Assembly (NCBI GenBank): GCA_018302765.1
Contig: JAGVZG010000025.1
Location: 1 to 33,695, forward strand
From: Candidatus Woesearchaeota archaeon
Lineage (GTDB): Archaea; Nanobdellota; Nanobdellia; SCGC-AAA011-G17; GW2011-AR18
DNA: 33,695 nucleotides
Direction: 5' to 3'
Within the stretch, counting starts at the first letter, position 1. The number at the start of each line of letters is the position of its first letter. Of the stretch, positions 28,119 to 33,695 are shown one piece after another. The notes under the pieces were generated by a model. It was not told the origin of the DNA, searched no databases, and was given only the letters and a program-made list of their open reading frames with translations. The translations under genes and the position numbers were made by a program.

Positions 28119-29135
28119 ATGTCTTTGCCATTAATCCAAGAAACAGTTCAAGAATTTAAAGTTCCTAATATAAAATATGAAGAAAATATAGATATTTCTA
28201 CTTATCAAGGCTATAAGAAAAAACTAGAAAAACAAGGATATAGATTTATTGGCGAACATTCTGCAGTTAAAATATGTGAGTGGACTGCTAAAAGCCTTAA
28301 AAATCAAGGTCATTGTTACAAGCAGAAATTCTACGGCATAAGAAGCCACAGATGCGGTCAACTAAGTGTTGCAGTTAATTTTTGTGATAAGTCTTGCACA
28401 TACTGCTGGAGGGAAAGAAATAATTTTCCATTTACAAAAATTGATAATCCTAAAGAATTATTAGCAAAAATACCAGAGCACCAATTCAAATTGCTTAGTG
28501 GTTATGGTGGAAACCAAGATATCAATAAAGATAAATGGAATCAAATAAAGGAAATAAGTCATTTTGCCATAAGTCTTACAGGTGAGAACTTATACTATCC
28601 AAAAATAAATGAGTTAATTAGAGAAATTAAGACACAAGGCAAAACGAGTTTTGTTGTTACTCATGGTGGATTTCCAGAAGCAATGGAAAAATTAGAGCCA
28701 CCAACCCAGCTTTATTTAAGTATGGATACTGTGGATGAAGAAAATTTCAAAGAAATACAAAGACCAATTCATAAAGATGCCTGGAATAGGTGGTTAAAAA
28801 GCTTAGATGCTTTGAGGAATATTAGAAATAAGACAAGGACAGTAATTAGATATACATTAATCAAAGGACTTAATGACGTTAATCATAAAAATATAGCAGA
28901 CCTATTTGAAAGAGGAGATCCTCATTTTATAGAAATTAAAAGTTATATACATGTTGGTGCTAGCAGGGAAAATCTACAAAGAAAAAATATGTCAACAATA
29001 GAAGAAGTTAGGGACTTTGCTAAAGAAATTGAAAAGCGCTGCAGCTATAAAATAATAGATGAACATATTCCATCTAGAGTTGTTCTAATGGCAAAAGAAG
29101 ACTATCCTTGGAGAATTATAAAATTTGATGATTAA
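28119..29135 (+). CDS. tyw1: 4-demethylwyosine synthase Taw1/Tyw1 (radical SAM)
   Basis: GY...GEHSAVKIC.W, CYKQKFYGI.SHRC (auxiliary-cluster Cys and pyruvate Lys), CDKSCTYC, AISLTGE, YIHVGASR. Confidence 0.93.
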   Translation: MSLPLIQETVQEFKVPNIKYEENIDISTYQGYKKKLEKQGYRFIGEHSAVKICEWTAKSLKNQGHCYKQKFYGIRSHRCGQLSVAVNFCDKSCTYCWRERNNFPFTKIDNPKELLAKIPEHQFKLLSGYGGNQDINKDKWNQIKEISHFAISLTGENLYYPKINELIREIKTQGKTSFVVTHGGFPEAMEKLEPPTQLYLSMDTVDEENFKEIQRPIHKDAWNRWLKSLDALRNIRNKTRTVIRYTLIKGLNDVNHKNIADLFERGDPHFIEIKSYIHVGASRENLQRKNMSTIEEVRDFAKEIEKRCSYKIIDEHIPSRVVLMAKEDYPWRIIKFDD

Positions 29136-29144
29136 AGTAAATTT

Positions 29145-30581
29145 TCATTTCAAAACATCAATATCATGTGCATGACTTTCTTTTAGACCAGCAGATGTAA
29201 TTTTAACAAACTCTGCATTTTTCCAAAGTTCATTCATATTATGTGCTCCACAGTAGCTCATTCCACTTTTTAATCCGCCAACCAACTGATAAAGAACTTC
29301 CGAAACATTACCCTTGTAAGGGACAGTTCCTTCAACACCTTCAGGAACAACATCGCTTAAATCATCATTTCCATTTTCTCTTTGTTTTCTAGACATTACA
29401 GATCCAAACCCAGCGCTGCCCCTATAAATTTTAAATTTTCTTCCCCCTCTTATGATTGTTTGTCCCGGACTCTCTTCTGTTCCTCCAAGTAAATTTCCAA
29501 GCATAACGCTAGAAGCGCCAGCAGCTAATGCTTTAGTTATGTCTCCAGATTGTTTTATTCCACCGTCAGCAATAACAGGAATTCCAAATTCATTGGCAAC
29601 TTTTACACAGTCTAAAACAGCACTAAATTGCGGAACTCCTGCGCCAGTTACAATTCTAGTTACACAAATGCTACCACCACCAACACCTGTCTTGATAGCA
29701 TCAGCACCAGCATTAATTAAATCCAAAGTTCCCTCTGCAGTTGCAACATTACCAGCAATTATTTGAACATCATCAAATTTATCTCTTAATGCTTTTATTG
29801 TGTCAACTACAAATTGTGAATGACCATGAGCAATATCTATACATAAAACATCACACTCTGCATTTATCAAAGCCTCTGCCCTTTCCAAATAATCACCCTT
29901 TATTCCTATCGCACCCCCAACCAATAATCGTCCTTTTTTGTCTTTTGAAGCTAAAGGATGCATATCTTTTTTCATTATATCTTTTGCAGTAATTAAGCCT
30001 TTAAGCAAACCATTTTTATCAACTAAAGGAAGTTTTTCTACTTTATATTCTTTAAATAACTTCTTGGCTGCTTCAATGTTAATATTAGGTACGGAAGTAA
30101 TAGATTCATCTTTTGGAGTCATAATTTCAGAAATTGGTTTTAATAAATTATCTTCAAACATTAGGTCTCTATGAGTTAATATTCCAACGTACCTTCCAAC
30201 GTTGTCAGTAATTAGAATTCCAGTTATATTTTTATTTTCCATTAAAACTTTAGCATCCTTTATTATATGTTCAGGAGTTAATGTATAGGGTTTTTCTATT
30301 AAAATACCTTCAGACCTTTTTACCTTTAAGATTTCATTTGTCTGATCTTCAATTGTCATAAATCTGTGGATAATCCCGATACCGCCGTGTCTTGCCATTG
30401 AAATAGCCATAGAGGATTCTGTTACAGTATCCATATTTGCACTCACAATTGGAAGATTTATCATTATTTTTTTCGTCAAATTTGTAGAGATATCTACTTG
30501 TTTCCTTGAGTTTATATTTGAAAATCTAGGTACTAAAAGAACGTCGTCATAAGATAATGCTTCTCTAATTTCTTCAGCCAC
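29145..30581 (-). CDS. guaB: IMPDH/GMP reductase family enzyme with CBS (Bateman) domains
   Basis: [21 protein letters not shown] pair, GSICVTR catalytic Cys, IADGGI, VPEGVEG. The flap lacks the RY dyad, so GMPR activity is possible. Confidence 0.8.
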   Translation of the reverse strand: MAEEIREALSYDDVLLVPRFSNINSRKQVDISTNLTKKIMINLPIVSANMDTVTESSMAISMARHGGIGIIHRFMTIEDQTNEILKVKRSEGILIEKPYTLTPEHIIKDAKVLMENKNITGILITDNVGRYVGILTHRDLMFEDNLLKPISEIMTPKDESITSVPNINIEAAKKLFKEYKVEKLPLVDKNGLLKGLITAKDIMKKDMHPLASKDKKGRLLVGGAIGIKGDYLERAEALINAECDVLCIDIAHGHSQFVVDTIKALRDKFDDVQIIAGNVATAEGTLDLINAGADAIKTGVGGGSICVTRIVTGAGVPQFSAVLDCVKVANEFGIPVIADGGIKQSGDITKALAAGASSVMLGNLLGGTEESPGQTIIRGGRKFKIYRGSAGFGSVMSRKQRENGNDDLSDVVPEGVEGTVPYKGNVSEVLYQLVGGLKSGMSYCGAHNMNELWKNAEFVKITSAGLKESHAHDIDVLK

Positions 30582-30669
30582 TTTTTACCCTAGCAACAAC
30601 CAAAGTTTATATTTTTAAGTATTATTGTAATTCAAAAGTATAAATAAAATATATGAAGTAAGCAATCAT

Positions 30670-32997
30670 TCAAAAATTATCTAACAATGTTTGTTTGTTT
30701 CCATTCAATAAAGATTCGAAATCAGTATTAAAAAAAACCAAAATAGAATTAGCTATGGGTTTAATTTGTTTTTCTATGTAATGTTTATAATCAATTTTAT
30801 GTTTAATATGCTCAAATGGTTCTGGTCCATCTTCTGTCATTACATATCTTATAATATTGGATTCCAATTTAATTCCAGCACCAATAAGTTTTTTAGCTGC
30901 CTTTTTATGGGGTGTCTCGACAGCATAATCTTCTATTCCTTTCCTCATAGTTTTTTTATAAACCAACAAATCGTTGTATTTTCCATTGTTTAAATCATCG
31001 ACAAATTTCTTAGTATAATTTATAACCTCTTTATTATGAAAGACTCTATCTAATAATTCTTGCTGATATTTTTTTGCTAAATTAGTCCAATCACCCCTCA
31101 CAACTTCGAGGCCGGTAAATTGAATTTCTTCTTTTCCATTTTTTATAACCAAACCAGCATATCTTTTTTTAGCACCAACATCAGATTTTCTTAGTTTAGG
31201 CATTAAACATTTAACAAAACACTTTTCATAGCTTAATTCTAAAAAACTTTCCCTATTGTAATTATTTTTAATAAATTTTTTGTAAAATTCGTTTATATAT
31301 TTTGCAATATTTTTTCCAATATTTTCTGCTTCTTCTAAATCTTTAGCCTTTGAAATTACAAATGAGCTATCGGTGTCCCCATAGGCAATGTCATAGCCTA
31401 ATTTTTTGATTTCTTCATGCGTAATCTTCAAAATATCCTGTCCAAAATAAGTTATTGCATTTGTCATATTTATATCAAAGAACCTACAAGAAGGATTGGC
31501 TAAAACTCCAAAAAAACTATTCATCAGAATTTTAATGGCATACTTTGTCAATTCATCTTTTTCTTTTCTAGCTTTCTCTCTCTCATGGTATAATTTCGTT
31601 AAAATTTCAGGCAGAACACCATCTTCATTTCTAAAACAAGCGCCATTAGGTGCTTTAATTAGGTTTTTGCCTTTACAATCTGAAACATAACTATATGGAT
31701 CTATGTTAAATGTTCTCATCATGCTTGGGTATAGGCTCTTAAAATCCAAAATTAAAATATAGTTATAAATTCCAGGAAGACTTTCTCTTACATAACCACC
31801 TTTAATTCCTTCTTCCTTAACAACAAAATTTCCGCTTGGCGCAACTATATTTCTTTTATTAAGTTCTCTTAAATACAATGAATCAAAAGATGCAATTGAA
31901 GCATTAACTCTGTCTAAAGGCATTCCTGTTAATAAACTTCTTAAAATACTTAATTCAAGAACTTTTGTTTTACCTAATATCTTAATGACTAATTCAGCAT
32001 CTTTTAAATTATAATCCACTAATTTCTTCTTATTATTCTTAAACAATTCATCAATTTCTTTATACTTATCAGGACCTTGTGCCTCTATTAATTTTCCTTC
32101 TCCAAGAATAGATTTTGATACAGTGTCTAGTTTGTAGTCATCAACTTTTATAAAAGAAACCCTGAGTAAATTCAGCCCATCCAAAACTTGTCTTCCAGAT
32201 ATGTCTGCTTTGCTTTCTCTAAAGAAATTCTCCTCAAGTCTTATTTTGCATTTACTAGGTTCTCTTCCAATATCAAAGCCAATTTTTAATTTTTTGCATT
32301 TTTTGCTTAAATATGCCAAATCAAAGTCTATAACATTCCAGCCAGTAATAATATCAGGATCTAGGATTAAAATCTCATCTATAAATTTTTCAATAACTTC
32401 TTTTTCACCATTGCATGAAACCGCGCCTTCAACATTTTCTTTTGAGTTAATAAAAACTTTTTTTATATTTCCGCAAACTAGTCCAATACAATAAAGCAGG
32501 TCATTTTCTGTTCCATTGCCGCTTTCTATATCAAAAGATAAGACCTTTAAGTTTGGTTTGTAGTCAAAGCATGCTTTAATTTCAGGTTCTTTGTAAACCC
32601 TATCTATTCTGTCGCCAATAATATAATCTCCTTCAATTTCAAAGCTTCCTTGTATGCTTTTATCCATCATAAAACGATAAGCAAATCTCACGTCAGCTTC
32701 ATAGCACGCTATTTGGTTCTCTTCAAATTTTCTTCTTAGTTTTGGAACGTCTTCAGGAATATCAAGAATTATTTTTACAACTTCTTCATTTTTAAAATTC
32801 CTAAAGCCGGTTTTTAAATAATCAAACTTTTGATTTAATGCCTGTGCAAATTCCAAGTCTTCTTTTTTTATATAAAAATAAGGTCTGAAGTAATTTATAG
32901 TAAGAAAGCTCTCTCCATTATCAAGCTTTCCAAATAAATAGACATAAGCCCTATTTTCTATTATTTTATATGTAGGATAAATTACAAAACATTTCAT
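30670..32997 (-). CDS. polB: Family B DNA polymerase (E. coli Pol II-like architecture)
   Basis: Exo I FDIES, Exo II GWNVIDFD, Exo III YNLKD, DFKSLYPS, KILMNSFFG, YGDTDS, KKRY, VRGDW. Confidence 0.95.
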   Translation of the reverse strand: MKCFVIYPTYKIIENRAYVYLFGKLDNGESFLTINYFRPYFYIKKEDLEFAQALNQKFDYLKTGFRNFKNEEVVKIILDIPEDVPKLRRKFEENQIACYEADVRFAYRFMMDKSIQGSFEIEGDYIIGDRIDRVYKEPEIKACFDYKPNLKVLSFDIESGNGTENDLLYCIGLVCGNIKKVFINSKENVEGAVSCNGEKEVIEKFIDEILILDPDIITGWNVIDFDLAYLSKKCKKLKIGFDIGREPSKCKIRLEENFFRESKADISGRQVLDGLNLLRVSFIKVDDYKLDTVSKSILGEGKLIEAQGPDKYKEIDELFKNNKKKLVDYNLKDAELVIKILGKTKVLELSILRSLLTGMPLDRVNASIASFDSLYLRELNKRNIVAPSGNFVVKEEGIKGGYVRESLPGIYNYILILDFKSLYPSMMRTFNIDPYSYVSDCKGKNLIKAPNGACFRNEDGVLPEILTKLYHEREKARKEKDELTKYAIKILMNSFFGVLANPSCRFFDINMTNAITYFGQDILKITHEEIKKLGYDIAYGDTDSSFVISKAKDLEEAENIGKNIAKYINEFYKKFIKNNYNRESFLELSYEKCFVKCLMPKLRKSDVGAKKRYAGLVIKNGKEEIQFTGLEVVRGDWTNLAKKYQQELLDRVFHNKEVINYTKKFVDDLNNGKYNDLLVYKKTMRKGIEDYAVETPHKKAAKKLIGAGIKLESNIIRYVMTEDGPEPFEHIKHKIDYKHYIEKQIKPIANSILVFFNTDFESLLNGNKQTLLDNF

Positions 32998-33031
32998 AAG
33001 ATAAAAATATAATGAAGATATTTAAAATTAG

Positions 33032-33596
33032 CTAAATTAAAACTACCCTTTCTAATTTTTTACCGATTTGTGATTTCATTAATTTACCTATAAAAATTGG
33101 TTTATCTGGGGTTGTCTCAGCTATGTAATAAGTGCTTCCTCTATAATTTACAAGACCATCGAGATGTAAGCCTGCAGGTGCACCGGCTACTTGATTCGAT
33201 ATGAAATCTAAATTGACTCCAACATTAACATGGTTTGGAAAATATAAAAAAGCAGATCTTATCCCAATATAGCTTAATAATGTAGAATACAAAACAGATG
33301 TGTCTTTACAGTCACCCTTGCCTTCACATAAAGTTTGCTGTGGAGTTCTTACAAAATCTAAATCATCATTTCTTAATGTAGCTTCTACTTTTTCTTCATC
33401 ATATTTTATTCCTGTTTGAACAAAACATAAAAGGGCCTGGGCTTTATTTTGATCAGTTTTATATCTACCAGTTAATTTTCCAACAAAATCATCTAATAAT
33501 TTATCTCTTCTAACTAGATACTTTCTTAAATCAAACTCTACGGTTTGATAAACTTGAACTACGCCTGTTGATTTGTCTATTTGTTGTCTTTCAGAT
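33032..33596 (-). pseudogene. Transglutaminase-like Cys-protease gene, 5'-truncated by an IS end
   Basis: The frame stays open ~100 codons upstream of the TTG call: ...FVRTPQQTLCEGKGDCKDTSVLYSTLL..IG....LYFPNHVNVGV...YYIAETT. It has no ATG and hits in-frame TAGs only inside the IS. Confidence 0.7.
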
Positions 33597-33695
33597 GGCT
33601 CTGTCCTGAGTCTCTAGAACAATACCTAACAAGTTATGGCAGATTAGTCTGCCATATATTTCAGCCTTTATTGTTTTAGCACTTTTAGAGCTTAT
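33597..33695 (-). mobile_element. Right end of an IS5-family (IS903-like) insertion sequence with transposase C-terminus; partial
   Basis: The minus frame from the window edge reads ISSKSAKTIKAEIYGRLICHNL (DDE-transposase-like E...HN tail). The + strand terminus GGCTCTGTCC at 33597 resembles IS903 GGCTTTGTTG. Confidence 0.6.

Noticed and set aside
2547-32494. Short antisense or overlapping ORFs in the track (e.g. 2547-2777, 9369-9608, 10887-11177, 12351-12713, 25028-25363, 29452-29766, 32201-32494)
   Set aside because: Shadow ORFs opposite well-supported genes, with no motifs.
33032-33292. 86-aa ORF as a complete gene
   Set aside because: Its TTG start lies after the catalytic Cys motif; it is the tail of a longer interrupted frame.

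Overview
AT-rich (roughly 27-30% GC by eye) chromosomal segment of an archaeon, most likely DPANN (Woesearchaeota/Pacearchaeota-like). The archaeal call rests on aTrm56, Taw1/Tyw1, NcsA plus a SAMP-like ubiquitin-like protein, BRE-TATA promoters, and CCA-less tRNAs with BHB-type introns; the DPANN assignment is inference. The window is rich in tRNA maturation genes: an E1-like enzyme, a Ubl, NcsA, a THUMP-less ThiI, a bacterial-type Tgt, Trm56 and Tyw1. All four tRNA genes are intron-split. The standout is a tRNA-Leu(UAA) that reconstructs only after removing FOUR introns. Other highlights are a DGR-type variable protein with a G-rich, A-depleted variable region but no RT/TR in the window, a full-length bacterial-type Rel (p)ppGpp synthetase with a degenerate hydrolase domain, a ~2,240-aa duplicated beta-helix surface protein, a GuaB-like enzyme that may be a GMP reductase, and an IS5/IS903-like element end interrupting a transglutaminase-like gene at the right edge. 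All calls come from manual motif reading; no database searches were run.
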